In this document: positions 22,736 to 34,110 of the stretch, piece after piece
How the letters are laid out: every line of letters starts with the position of its first letter
Numbering within the stretch: position 1 is the first letter of the stretch
Assembly (NCBI GenBank): GCA_031763465.1
Contig: JARFOE010000046.1
Location: forward strand, 23,262 to 57,725
Length of the DNA stretch: 34,464 nt
Source: Squatina squatina
Lineage: Eukaryota
Reading direction: 5' to 3'
Notes under the pieces: model-generated
What the model was told of the DNA's origin: nothing
What the model saw: the letters and a program-made list of their open reading frames with translations, nothing else
Database searches by the model: none
Position numbers and translations under genes: made by a program

Positions 22736-23230
22736 CTACCAGTTTTATATAAGCACAAGCACATCTAGACAAGTACCTGACAATTTTATTAATGGGCCAG
22801 TGCTGTGGGAGTCACGCAAAATAATAAACATTTCTTTGTTGTACATGTGGAAGAAAGTGAACTCCCGCGGCTCCAAAAAACAGGATCACATCTGTGACTT
22901 GAAAGTCGTTACAGTGAAGCAATTCTCAATCATTTTTTCAAGTAGCTAAAAGGCCGCCTTCACTGTCTAAGAATGCTAAGAATTCTAGGCACATATTATT
23001 TTTGCAGCCATCAAAGGTAATTAGAAATAAACTACAAAATTGGCAGGAAGTACACAGCAGGTCTTTCGGCTCCTGAAAAGGAAATAGACAGGTCGGTGTT
23101 TCAGTTGTAGAACATTCAACAGACATGTATNNNNNNNNNNNNNNNNNNNNNNNNNNNNNNNNNNNNNNNNNNNNNNNNNNNNNNNNNNNNNNNNNNNNNN
23201 NNNNNNNNNNNNNNNNNNNNNNNNNNNNNN

Positions 23231-23365
23231 GCTTTTTCCCCATAAATGTTTTCTTTCTAAGTATCTACCCAATTCCCTTTTGAAAGTTACTATTGAATCT
23301 ACTCCCACTGCCCTTTCAGGCAGCGCATTCCAGATCACAACAACTCACTGCGTAAAAAGATTCCA
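23231..23365 (-). mobile_element. CR1 LINE 3' fragment
   Basis: Translates as IWNALPERAVGVDSIVTFKRELGRYL. Confidence 0.85.
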
Positions 23366-23369
23366 GCTC

Positions 23370-23462
23370 ATAATATGTGCGTGCTCCCAGTCCGCCATAT
23401 TGGAGGCACAGGAGGCCATTCAGTGCCTGAAAAATGGGTGCTGCATGGCAGAAATTCTAGAG
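23370..23462 (-). mobile_element. Terminus of the MITE-like family seen at 13397
   Basis: Reverse complement CTAGAATTTC...CACCCATTTTTCAGGCACTGAATGG...TCCAATATGGCGG. Confidence 0.5.
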
Positions 23463-26059
23463 TGTTCTGGTTTGAAACTTCTCAGTGAGAGAAAATCTTT
23501 AAAAAAAAGCAAATATAAAAAGAAAATCAATTGAATCTGAAGGACTGCATTAAGGGACTTGATCCTCTCGGGTACAACAGCACAGTGACTATTTTGCTGG
23601 CAGAAATAATACTCCAGAATGCCCCAGCACTGTGAAATATCCCTGTGGCTATTCCTTAATCCGACAATAATGATATTGGGGATTACCTAATATCACATCT
23701 TACATGCATGCCTACTTGCAAAGAAAATCATCTTAATGCCTGTAAACATTGAACAGTATGTTAAAATTATACCGTCAGCAGTAAAAATGATGTATCTGTA
23801 TTCTATCACAGGCACTTCCAATTTTCTTTGCACTGTAAGGTCTAACTTATTTATAGATGGCTGTGCTTCCTAATATGAAGCCTCAGTTATCCAAATATTT
23901 ACCTGAATAATATAACTTCCGCATAGCTAAATTCCAACATTTTGCTTGTGCTCTCATAGCCAGAGGAATTGATGCATTCTAAAATACATTCCAAAAGTAC
24001 TACTGTGCTGCCGGGTTGAGCATGCAGAGAATTTGAATGATCTTATTAGATGCACCTTATGCACATTGATTGGTTTAATGAAACATATTTGCAAACATTT
24101 TTGTTAAATTTGGTGCATGCCTGAACTAAATTATCTGTCCTTGCAAACTACCTCCCCATCTCCAACTTCCTTTTCCTCTCCAAAACCCTTGAACATAAAG
24201 TCGTCTCCCAAATCCGTGCCTATCTTTCCCACAAATTCATGTNNNNNNNNNNNNNNNNNNNNNNNNNNNNNNNNNNNNNNNNNNNNNNNNNNNNNNNNNN
24301 NNNNNNNNNNNNNNNNNNNNNNNNNNNNNNNNNNNNNNNNNNCAAATAATCTAAATTATTGAAAGATGGTTGATAAACATGTATTAAGGAACAGCAAAAA
24401 TAACTCTACTCTTCATAATTTAAAAACAATTATGTATTTTTTTGATATTCTAAAGTTTCTTGGAAACAGTGGTAAAATACTGCCTAATTAACCCAATCCA
24501 TTCAATTGCCCAGTGTCAATAGCCAATAAATTATCACAAGGTGACAAATTCAAACAGTAATAAGGCCATATTTTGAGACTCTGTTATCGTTTTGTCTGTC
24601 AGAAATAGCCCATCTTTGTGGGATTGCTTTTGAATTACAGGTTAAGGTTCTTAATGAGGTATTCATCTCATTACTGTCAAAGAACATTTTTCATTCCTGA
24701 AATGACTGTAAATGCACTGCTTAAAGAATGAAATCACATTTTTTTCTGTCTGTGATAGCTCTCACCAATGCAAGAGGGAAAATATATACAGAGCCAAACC
24801 CTTTATGCCTTTCAAACCAATTAGTTTCCCAAATAGAATAATTGACCACAGCAGTCTTCCTCTGCCGAAGCAAAACATTATGGAATATATTTCTCTCCCT
24901 TCACTAATGACGACACAAAAAAAATGTCAGACTGATTTACTCAGGCCGATTTATTCCAGCAATAAATGGAGGACTTTTCTCTTTATTAAATGCGGCACTA
25001 AATAATGATTTAAATCTTTGCAACGTCAACTAACTGCAACATGCTGAAAAGGTAATATTGATCAGAATTTTTGGAATCATTAATGATAAGAATTCTGAGG
25101 GAACCGGATAAGGCTTCAACAAGCCTCTTTTTGTATTTTCTGAACCCCACCTGCCCATTCACCACCCTAAAGAGATTGAAGAGTTATTCATCCTATTCTT
25201 GTATGAGGATTCTCAATGACTACATTGAGCTCGCCAAGGTAGTTCATTAGTTATAAAGCGCTTGAGATTGACATTCATGAGAGACAGTATAAGGAGGCAT
25301 ACAGAGGCAAGTTACTTATTTCTACCATATCCTGCTTCATTCCCTCTCCAGAGATACTTGTAGTCCCTTTATACTGTCAGCTTCCAAGTCTTATTTGGTA
25401 TTTGTTTTTTTTATTCCACAACTCCATTACCTTTTGGTTCAAAAATGTTCTACCTGACTTCTTATTCCTACTTTTCAAATTTATCAGTTTGAGTCTTATC
25501 GTGGCATAGGACTCTTGTGATCACTGTGTGAAGTGACATCAGAGAGACTTTCTTTTGGAATGTATTTACAATGTGCCTACATTGAGTGACCAAGGCAGTC
25601 CTGTTGCCCACTGCCACCAACCCACCCTCAAACCCCGCCACCCATTTCAGAGACAGGATATATGCCTAGATTTGAGTACAGTAGTTTTGGAATGACGCAG
25701 ATTGTCCTGTTATAAATAAAGTGGCCTAGGGTTGGGGCTAAGGTGAGGATTGGATTTCATGGTCTGGGAGAAGCGGCTGATATCAATTGAGAACACAATG
25801 TGACTCGAATTAGGCCAATTTAAGATCGTATTAAAATTTCTAGATGTTACCCGATTCAGATTATTCTGGTTTGGGGTTATTATGGGGTAGATTTTCAAAT
25901 CGACACACAGGCATAAAACTGGTGGATTAGGCACTTGCTACTGCCCGACTTCCATTTCCNNNNNNNNNNNNNNNNNNNNNNNNNNNNNNNNNNNNNNNNN
26001 NNNNNNNNNNNNNNNNNNNNNNNNNNNNNNNNNNNNNNNNNNNNNNNNNNNNNNNNNNN

Positions 26060-26358
26060 GCGCTACAATCGCTGAGCAGAGGCCCGTGTCACCGCTGAAA
26101 AATCCAGGAGTTGTCACCGCTGGGTTTAGTGCGCACTGACACTATCGAATTCCGGGTGGGCAGCCATTTTGGGCGCTGCGCACACTGATGATGTCATAGC
26201 GCCGCCCTAACATTTAGGCTAGCGCTTGGAGCCTTACAGGCTAATTAGCCGGCGCTAATGGGACCCGAATGTTGCGCCTGCGTTTGGACGCCAAAAGTGC
26301 ATGTGCGCCCGTTCTGCGCTGATTTAGTGCTAAAAGTTTGCCTGTGAATTGGGCTCCC
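26060..26358 (-). mobile_element. GC-rich non-autonomous DNA transposon end (Harbinger-like)
   Basis: Reverse complement ATGACATCATCAGTGTGCGCAGCGCCCAAAATGGCTG matches ATGACGTCATCAGAGGGCGCAACGCCCAAAATGGCTG at 34242-34278. Confidence 0.65.
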
Positions 26359-27160
26359 TTGGAATTTGCACCTTCAAGGTTTGTCTTGGTATCCTATTTG
26401 ACCCTGAGCTGAGCTTCCAACTACATAAAATCATAGAATGATATAGCACAGAAGGAGGTCATTAGCCCAAAGTGCCTGTGCTGGAGATTTTGCAAATAAT
26501 CATTCAGAATTGCAAACCTTTTGTGAACCTCTCACTTGGCCCCTCCTCCATTAGCATGACAATAGATTAATTTTGCAGTTACGTTATTAAGATAGATCAG
26601 TTACCATTATTTGTAAGAAAATGGATGATGTATCATCCCTGCAGACTTGTTAGTGGGAAAGTCACCTTTTCAAAAACAATATTCCAAGTTTGACAATCGT
26701 CCAAAACAGTCATTAGGTAATCCAGACATATTGTACATATAACAAATTAACTGGAAACCCATGAAATCTAATCAGAGACTTCTGATCAAAGGATAAGAGA
26801 CAGATTTAATAAACACTCAAGAGGAATGGCCTCTACTGGAAACTAAATTAAAGGAGATTCTGGAAGGAATTGGATATGAAAGTAACTTACTGGAGCTTTG
26901 TTCATAAGAATTGCCACATAAGCCTAAAGAGATATATTTGCAGTCACTGTGCTTCACAGTTTCTCACTTATTCTTATATATAAGGCTATAAATTACTGGC
27001 CTCACAAGATCAGACTCAGAACTCATCAGGCACTCAGAGTCCCATGCCTGATATACCAGCAAGAACCAAGAGTTTATCAAAAGGCATCCACAGTGTCCTG
27101 TTCACTGAAATACAACAAAAAATGGTGCAAAATGCACTGCCGGTTGACCAGCACTCAAAG

Positions 27161-27395
27161 AGAAAGAAAGAAAGAGAGAAGGAAAGAAAGACTTGCATTC
27201 ATATAGCGCATTTCACGACCACCAGACATTCCAAAGCGCTTTACAGCCAATGAAGTACTTTTGAAGTGCAGTGCCTGTTGTAATGTGGGAGATGTGGCAG
27301 CCAATTTGCGCACAGTAAGCTCCCACAAACAGCAATGCAATATTGACTAGATAATCTGTTTTAGTGATTTTGACTGAGGGATAAATATTGGCCAG
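27161..27395 (-). mobile_element. 3' half of a Deu-domain SINE with (CTTT)n tail
   Basis: Reverse strand TGGCCAATATTTATCCCTCA...TGCTGTTTGTGGGAGCTTACTGTGCGCAAATTGGCTGCC...CTATATGAATGCAAGTCTTTCTTT. Confidence 0.85.
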
Positions 27396-27548
27396 ATCAA
27401 TTGAGATTTCAGTGGAACCACTTGGCCAGTTCTGACCAAGGATTCCGCCTGAAACAATAGCTTATCTTTTTCGTTCCGATAGTGACTGAGCGGGCTGTGC
27501 CTTTCCACCACTTTCCTGGTTTTATTTCAGAAGTTATTATGCATTTAA

Positions 27549-27754
27549 TGATCTGGAATGCGCTGCCCGAAAGGGTGGTACAAGCAGATTCAAGAGTAAC
27601 TTTCAAAAGGGGAGTTGGATAAATACAGGAAAAGGAAACATTTGCAGGGCAATGGGCAAAGAGAAGGGGGAGGGGGACTGTTCGGACAGCTCTTTCAAAA
27701 AGCCAGCGTAGGCATGATGGGCACATGGCCTTCTTCTGTGTTGTAAGATTCTAT
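27549..27754 (+). mobile_element. CR1 LINE 3' end
   Basis: ATCTGGAATGCGCTGCC...TTCAAAAGGGGAGTTGGATAAATAC...ATGGCCTTCTTCTGTGTTGTAAGATTCTATG. Confidence 0.85.
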
Positions 27755-28386
27755 GGGGCACCAATTGGTTTGATCTCACGCCTGGGTAGCGCTGAATAGT
27801 GGCACAGCCTGGGCGTGAAATCAGCATTGACGCCAAAATTTTCAAAATGCTTTTTTGGGCCTGGTGCCCCGGCGGGGTATAGGCCCCGCCACAGGGGACG
27901 CAGGTGGTGCCAGCGTCTAACGCACAACATCATAATGTTGCACGCCGACCCCTCAGCGTCCGCCCGTGAGCCCCTGTGCGCCGTGGGGGCACCGCCTCCC
28001 GATTTGGAGGCAGCCTCCCCCGCGACACCTGGCATTGGCAACAACAGGTTTCCCCTTTCATTGCCAAGGGCGGTTAAATGCGTGTGTCCTGAGGTGGCCG
28101 CCATCTCATAACAACGGCCAATGTTATTGTCGGCTGATGTGTGGCGGCCGATTGCCCCTCTGTACTGCTCGCGGCACATTTTCGCTCCGGGTCCAGGGAT
28201 CCTAGTGGTCCTGCAGCCCTGGAGCCTGAGGCCCACAGCAAGCCTGTGGCCCTTACCTTTAAGGCAGGGGGCGGGGCCGTGGCTTGCGCGTGCCCGGTTA
28301 CGCTGGCAGCGTGGCTTGCGCCACACTGCCGGCGCAACCCAGCAGTGACGAGGCATTGGCCGGGTCAGCACCGTGGCTACACTTGT
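27755..28386. mobile_element. GC/CpG-rich non-autonomous DNA transposon (Harbinger-like), terminal part
   Basis: Starts abruptly with GGGGCACCAATT (compare GGGAGCCCAATT at the 26358 end on the minus strand) and has an imperfect subterminal hairpin at about 27772-27822. The ORFs in all frames are unrecognisable. Confidence 0.55.
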
Positions 28387-28741
28387 NNNNNNNNNNNNNN
28401 NNNNNNNNNNNNNNNNNNNNNNNNNNNNNNNNNNNNNNNNNNNNNNNNNNNNNNNNNNNNNNNNNNNNNNNNNNNNNNNNNNNNNNATCACCCCACGCCC
28501 GTTCAAAGGACTGTAGGCAGCACACGAACTTCGTGCTGCCTGTTCCTAACCATGATTGCAGCCTACAGCCCAGCACTGAAAGTGTTGCTATGTGGCTGAA
28601 TGCTCAGCAGGGAGCCCAAGTTCGTGCGAGGCCAGCACCACTTAAAACTAGACTGTATTTCTTAAAGGGGAGGTGCATTCTGCTTGCAGCAGCTCATTGA
28701 ACCAGCTGGGGAAGAGATTGAGAGGAGGAAAAATAAAAACT

Positions 28742-29401
28742 ATGTCACAACAGGGGAGAAAGCGTGTGGCTAGGTTCTCCAATTTGGCACNNNNNNNNNN
28801 GTAGGAGCTCAACTCAAGGAAAGAGGTGCTATTACCACAGGGGGTCAGGAGATGCTCCAGGCAACTGTGTTTAGTACAATGGGAGCATACACTTGCTGTG
28901 GTGAATGCCAGCATTTAGTCCCAAGGACCTGGAAGCAGAGCAGGTAGAAGTTTAATGACCTCACATGAGTGATTAAGGTCAGTGAATTCATCTTCAAATG
29001 TCATATCCACCAACTGCATCACTAGCCTCACATGCTGCTCAATGCACCACACCCCAACAATCTCTACCAAACACAACTCACACCTCACATTCATAACTTC
29101 ACCTCACCCTCACACACTTACCTGTAGGACTCACACCCGCATCTCACACCTTGCGCATACTGTCAGCTATTCAACCATAGTAGGCCTATCACCCAATCAT
29201 ATTGCACCACACTCACTGACACACTTTCCTTCCTCTTGAAGGAAAAGGTGGCTCACAACCGGCACCTGCAGGACCTAACTGGTGGAGGACAAGTGCACCT
29301 GCATAACCTAATCCCCATGGAGGAGACGGTGCTGGCCATTTTTGGGAGGGGCATGGCTGAGCCCTTGGCTAGCAACAGATTTGAAAGAGTACAAGATGCC
29401 G
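28742..29401 (+). pseudogene. Decayed Harbinger/PIF transposon Myb/SANT-like DNA-binding protein gene (NAIF1/MSANTD-like); exon 1 28742-28977, intron 28978-29241, exon 2 from 29242
   Basis: MSQQGRKRVARFSNLA...RKEVLLPQGVRR...QWEHTLAVVNA / PRTWKQSR*KFNDLT*VIK, then AAG|GTCAGT...TTCCTTCCTCTTGAAG|EKVAHNRHLQDLTGGG..LIPMEETVLAIFG. The RFS, W, RT..Q..KKF.DL and TGGG pattern is typical of this family. Stops and a frameshift are present. Confidence 0.8.
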
Positions 29402-30164
29402 ATATTCTCATATGTAATTCTCCTTCTCACATCCCACTTCCCCGTCNNNNNNNNNNNNNNNNNNNNNNNNNNNNNNNNNNNNNNNNNNNNNNNNNNNNNN
29501 NNNNNNNNNNNNNNNNNNNNNNNNNNNNNNNNNNNNNNNNNNNNNNCATTGCTACCCACACATTCTCACGACCTATGAATGAAGAAAAACTAAGACAAAA
29601 TCTATTGATATGGATACCGAGGTGGATGTTATACATAACGAATCTTTTAATTTAGCCAATATGTCCCAATCATGTATGTGTGAAATTACATCTGGCACGC
29701 CTATGAGCACAAATCAACCTTGCCTTGATATGTATTCAGAGAACAATCCAATCACGATTATTGTAACTGCAGTTTCACATTTGCTTACAAATAATCCTAC
29801 CTTTGTGTCTCGGAGTCAAATCCAGATGATTGACTACATTAATTTATTTTCTTCATCGAGGTTTTAAGTTCCATAATTAATTTCACATTTAATTTGATTA
29901 ATGCAGTCTGTCGGCTAAGCCTGTAACACAGATCAGTAAGAGTTTTATTTTGCAAGAGATTTGTACCACAAAATGTTTGATCAAAAAGTTTCAAAATAAC
30001 CACATCAAGACATAATAGATCAGCTTTTCCCAAATAACTTTTGGAAAATTTCAGGACTTAAATGTCACTCTTAAAGCTGCAGTCCAGGACAGTGGCTGGA
30101 ATTACGACTGTTGTGATTCCAATGCCAAGACATCAAATATAAAGTGTGCATTTCTCCTTTAAAT

Positions 30165-30483
30165 TAAGGAGATTTACTAGAGGTGTATAAAACTATGAAT
30201 GTATTTAATAGAGTAGATGGGGAGAATCTATTTCCACTGGCAGGAGGGTCGATAACCAAAGGACACAGATTTATGATCATTGGCAAAGAAACCAGGGGCA
30301 AAGAGATTTTTTTTATATAAACACGCTGCCTGAAAGACTGGTGGAAGCAGGTTCAATAGTAATTTTCAAAAGGGAATTGGATAAATACTTGAAAAGGAAA
30401 AGCTTTCAGGGCTACGGGGAAAGAGTAGAGGAGTGGGACTAATTGAATAGCTTTACCAAAGAGCCAGTGAAGATACAATGGTC
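30165..30483 (+). mobile_element. CR1 LINE 3' fragment
   Basis: GGAGATTTACTAGAGGTGTATAAAACTATG...TTCAAAAGGGAATTGGATAAATACTTGAAAAGG...GGAGTGGGACTAATTG. Confidence 0.82.
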
Positions 30484-30583
30484 NNNNNNNNNNNNNNNNN
30501 NNNNNNNNNNNNNNNNNNNNNNNNNNNNNNNNNNNNNNNNNNNNNNNNNNNNNNNNNNNNNNNNNNNNNNNNNNNNNNNNNNN

Positions 30584-30630
30584 TACAGATGCTGCCTGAC
30601 CTGCTGAGTTTTTTTCCAGCATTCTGTTTA
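30584..30630 (+). mobile_element. Short terminal fragment of a common shark repeat (probably Penelope-like)
   Basis: ACAGATGCTGCCTGACCTGCTGAGT...TCCAGCATT, recognised from memory only. Confidence 0.45.
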
Positions 30631-31336
30631 AAATTTAAGTTTGTATGGTATCCTTTCACGAGGTATTTTATAAAAGGTTTTCTGGAAGCCTAGATACAAT
30701 GAGTGAGTTTCATTTAATCTCAAGGATAATTAAATCTAACTTATATTGGTGGCAGAGCCCAAAGACGTGTGAGTGTGTCCAGTTGAGTACTGTCGCTGGT
30801 TCTGCAACTGTGTGAAGCCCATCTGGCTTTTAGTGAGCTATTTCCCTGTCAGACTACAGGAAGCTGAATACATTGCTGCTTGAGGTTGAATTAAAAGACC
30901 ATAGAGAATCCTTCAAAACATGCCAAGTTTTTTACCTATTAGGTCATTACTAAGATGTAGTTAACAAACGCCATGTTTAAAATGAATACTCTAAACCAAA
31001 ATGCTATCTAGAAAATCAGATGAGAGAATGTTAAAAAAGAGAGAAAAATGAACGACAACACTGTAAATAGGCGGTACCCAATTTGTATCTTGTCTCTCTT
31101 TTTTGAGAGATGATGGTTCACCAGTAATAGTGGATGGCAAGTTCCAATTGTCCACACGTTGTTTTTATCATTATTGAGAAACATAGGTGAAGGGTCAAGG
31201 TTCAAATTGCAAGACCCTCCGAGGTGGAAAGGAGTGNNNNNNNNNNNNNNNNNNNNNNNNNNNNNNNNNNNNNNNNNNNNNNNNNNNNNNNNNNNNNNNN
31301 NNNNNNNNNNNNNNNNNNNNNNNNNNNNNNNNNNNN

Positions 31337-31730
31337 CAATCCTCCGGTACTTCTCCAGAATCTAAGGATTTTTGGAAGATTACAACCAATGCATCCACTA
31401 TCTCTGTAGCCATTTCTTTTAGGATCCTAGGATGCAAACCATCAGTGCCAGGAGACTTATCAGCCTTTAGCCCCATTAGTTTGCCCAATACTAATTCTCT
31501 AGTGATGGTGATGATATTTAATTCCTCCCCCGCATTATTTACTATTAATGGGATGTTCATAGTGTCTTCTACCGTAAAGACTGATGCAAAATATCTGTTC
31601 AACTCCTCTGCCATTTCCTTGTTCCCCACAACTATTTCCCCAGCCTCATTCTCCAAGGGGCTTATGTTCACTTTGACCTCTCTCTTCCTTTTTATGTACT
31701 TAAAGAAGCTCTTACTGTCAGTTTTTATAT
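31337..31730 (-). mobile_element. CR1 LINE ORF2 fragment (just upstream of the RT core)
   Basis: NKEMAEELNRYFASVFTVED...VLGKLMGLKADKSPGTDGLHPRILKEMATEIVDALVVIFQKSLDSGEVPED in an open frame. Confidence 0.93.
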
Positions 31731-33009
31731 TTTATATAAATACATCAAAGAATATATTTAAAGCAATTTATTTTTTTATCAATCATTACCGTTGCATTTT
31801 TCCACTGACCTGTAGTTTCAAGCGGCAGTGATTATAACTGCCCTTCTATCAGACAAATCTGGCACACAAAGAAGTACCTTTAACTTATCCCCTATTAAAC
31901 CTCATCAGGAACCTGGGAGTCACGGGTGAAGGGAAGGGTTACATTAAGTCAGATGATGCGTGTGTCATCAGAACAATGCCGGATAATAATTGGAGCATAA
32001 AGAGAGCTCATTTTTTCTCCCCCGGGGTCCTCGCAGTTATTAGAAAAGCCTTTCGGGAAGCTGTCACATTCCTAGTCATCAGCCGCAATAGATGGGGGAA
32101 TGTTTTCTGTTTCTTGTGAAGATTGAAAAATTCCTACCTCCACCTCCCCCGCGCCCCTCCAACACTGACCTTTTGCTTTCAGTAAAGTTTAATCTATATG
32201 GCCTTTCTCAAGTGTCTCCTGGGAACATGCTTTAATAAATCTAATTGGATATAATTAGATAGGTCAGAAAAATCCTCTCTGGGAGCAGGTTATGCTTCAA
32301 TAAACTTTACCCTTCATTACGCTTTAATCCTTTCATCTGTAATTTTTGCAATTTTTTTTCGGCGCATCCATTTTATGTCTTCCGTAATATTCTTGAGAAA
32401 ATGTAAACAAGGTGATTTTCAGGTTTTGGAGCCAGTTAGATTTTTAAGTTAAAGGAAATTTTTACAACCAGCAGAAAATGACTTGTGCATTCACTGCTGT
32501 TGATCAGTAACCTTCGCTGAAGAACTTTGTTCTCTTTCTTTACATACCCCCTAACACACACTTCCTTGTCAGGAGAGCAACGACCGGCCCTTTGAGACGT
32601 CTGTGGCTGCTTTTGAACGTGCTACCAGTGTGCCCAAACATCGATCCTCAAACTCGGGGCTCAGTCATCAGATTCAGATACTTTTCTGTATTTGTTTTCA
32701 CTTGGTGAGATTTGCACCAATTGACTGAGGGTTGACGACACAGCATGGTTTGGTTCAGAGGCTGATGAAACAATGGGAACTACCTCAGCATCACTCGTGT
32801 TATTCCTGTGACAGTCTTGCCAGATTGGAAACATCCTCTGGTTAGGTTTATGGGAGAGATGCTGCATTCTACCACTCACAACATCTTCAACCAGTGTCCT
32901 GTATCACCANNNNNNNNNNNNNNNNNNNNNNNNNNNNNNNNNNNNNNNNNNNNNNNNNNNNNNNNNNNNNNNNNNNNNNNNNNNNNNNNNNNNNNNNNNN
33001 NNNNNNNNN

Positions 33010-33161
33010 TGTTGACATTTCCAGCAGGGTTTGCTGGATAACCATCAGGAGCGGGAACCGTGGCTGGTTGTTACCTCTCCAATTGAGGGACTTGTGACTG
33101 AAGCCAACTGGTGCTGTGACTGAGATCAGGTAGCTCAGCACAGATCAGGAATCAAACCTGG
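33010..33161 (-). mobile_element. Family A repeat, 5' part
   Basis: Reverse complement CCAGGTTTGATTCCTGATCTGTGCTGAGCTACCTGATCTCAG (B-box-like start) matches 794-822. Confidence 0.6.
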
Positions 33162-33659
33162 CATCTGGTTAAGTTAATCAGTGGGTAACCTTTATGTCTT
33201 AGATTTGTCTATAATAACGTTGTTGTCATGACAAAATTTTTGTGTTGGTGCAATAAGGTTGTAGCCGTGAATTGGCACCGAGCTGCTACCACATCAGTGT
33301 CACCGCACTCACAATTCCCTATTGGTGTTAAATGTTCATTTTCTGCTATCTGTAAGGTAATCATAATTCCTGCTTAGTGAATGACAGATATCATTTCTGA
33401 CAATTCATTAGTCTTTGTTGACCTTCCAAGACTGCTGCAGTTTGAAAGGACCGGTGTGCAGTCTTAACAGCTGTTAAAATGTCATTTTTCTTATCTGCAG
33501 TGAGAGTCAGCATATGGGAGCAGTTTGGATCCTTAACACGTGCAATAAGAACAGCATAAAATTTGCGAGCGTACGCGATTCCCCAAGGTTGCAGCAAAAG
33601 AACTCTGCTTCTTCACATCCCGTTTTGTTACAAAAGAAAGTGTAGTTGAGGATGCCATT

Positions 33660-33820
33660 TAGCCCATCTACCTCATACTTCCACAGGAACCCCTGGTCCC
33701 TCACAGCAACTAACTGCCTTCAGAATGACCCCAGAGACTTCCTCTCCACTGCCCTGCCCAGAAGACCACTCTGGGCATTGATCACTCTTTGCACAAAGAA
33801 GTCCTTCCTGACGTTGACCT
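33660..33820 (-). mobile_element. Old degenerate CR1 3' fragment
   Basis: A minus frame reads VRKDFFVQRVINAQSGLLGRAVERKSLGSF*RQL, a decayed form of the FFTQRVVNLWNSLP motif. Confidence 0.55.
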
Positions 33821-33821
33821 G

Positions 33822-34100
33822 AGAACATAACATAAGAAATAGGAGCAGGAGTAGGCCATTCGGCTGCTTGAGCCTGCTCCACCATTCAACAAGATCATGG
33901 CTGATCTTCTACCTCAACTCCACTTTCCCGCCCAATCCCCATATCCCTTGATGCCTTTAATATCTAGAAATCTATCGATCTCTGTCTTGAGTGTACTCAA
34001 TGACTGAGCCTCCACAGCCCTCTGGGGGAGAGAATTCCAAGGATTCACCACCCTCTGAGTGAAGAAATTTCTCCTCATCTCAGTCCAAAATGGCCGACCC
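33822..34100 (-). mobile_element. Young CR1 LINE 3' end
   Basis: AACATAACATAAGAAATAGGAGCAGGAGTAGGCCATTCGG...TTCACCACCCTCTGAGTGAAGAAATTTCTCCTCATCTCAG; well preserved. Confidence 0.9.
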
Positions 34101-34110
34101 NNNNNNNNNN

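Noticed and set aside
27751-28700. Overlapping ORFs in several frames and a CpG-island-like region suggesting a promoter or gene
   Set aside because: Stop-codon scarcity is explained by high GC. There is no recognisable protein, and the abrupt edge suggests a transposon terminus.
31195-31671. 158-aa ORF as a host gene
   Set aside because: It is a CR1 ORF2 fragment truncated by a gap.
33673-33885. ORF with an apparent splice acceptor that looked like an exon
   Set aside because: It is explained by two abutting CR1 3' fragments.
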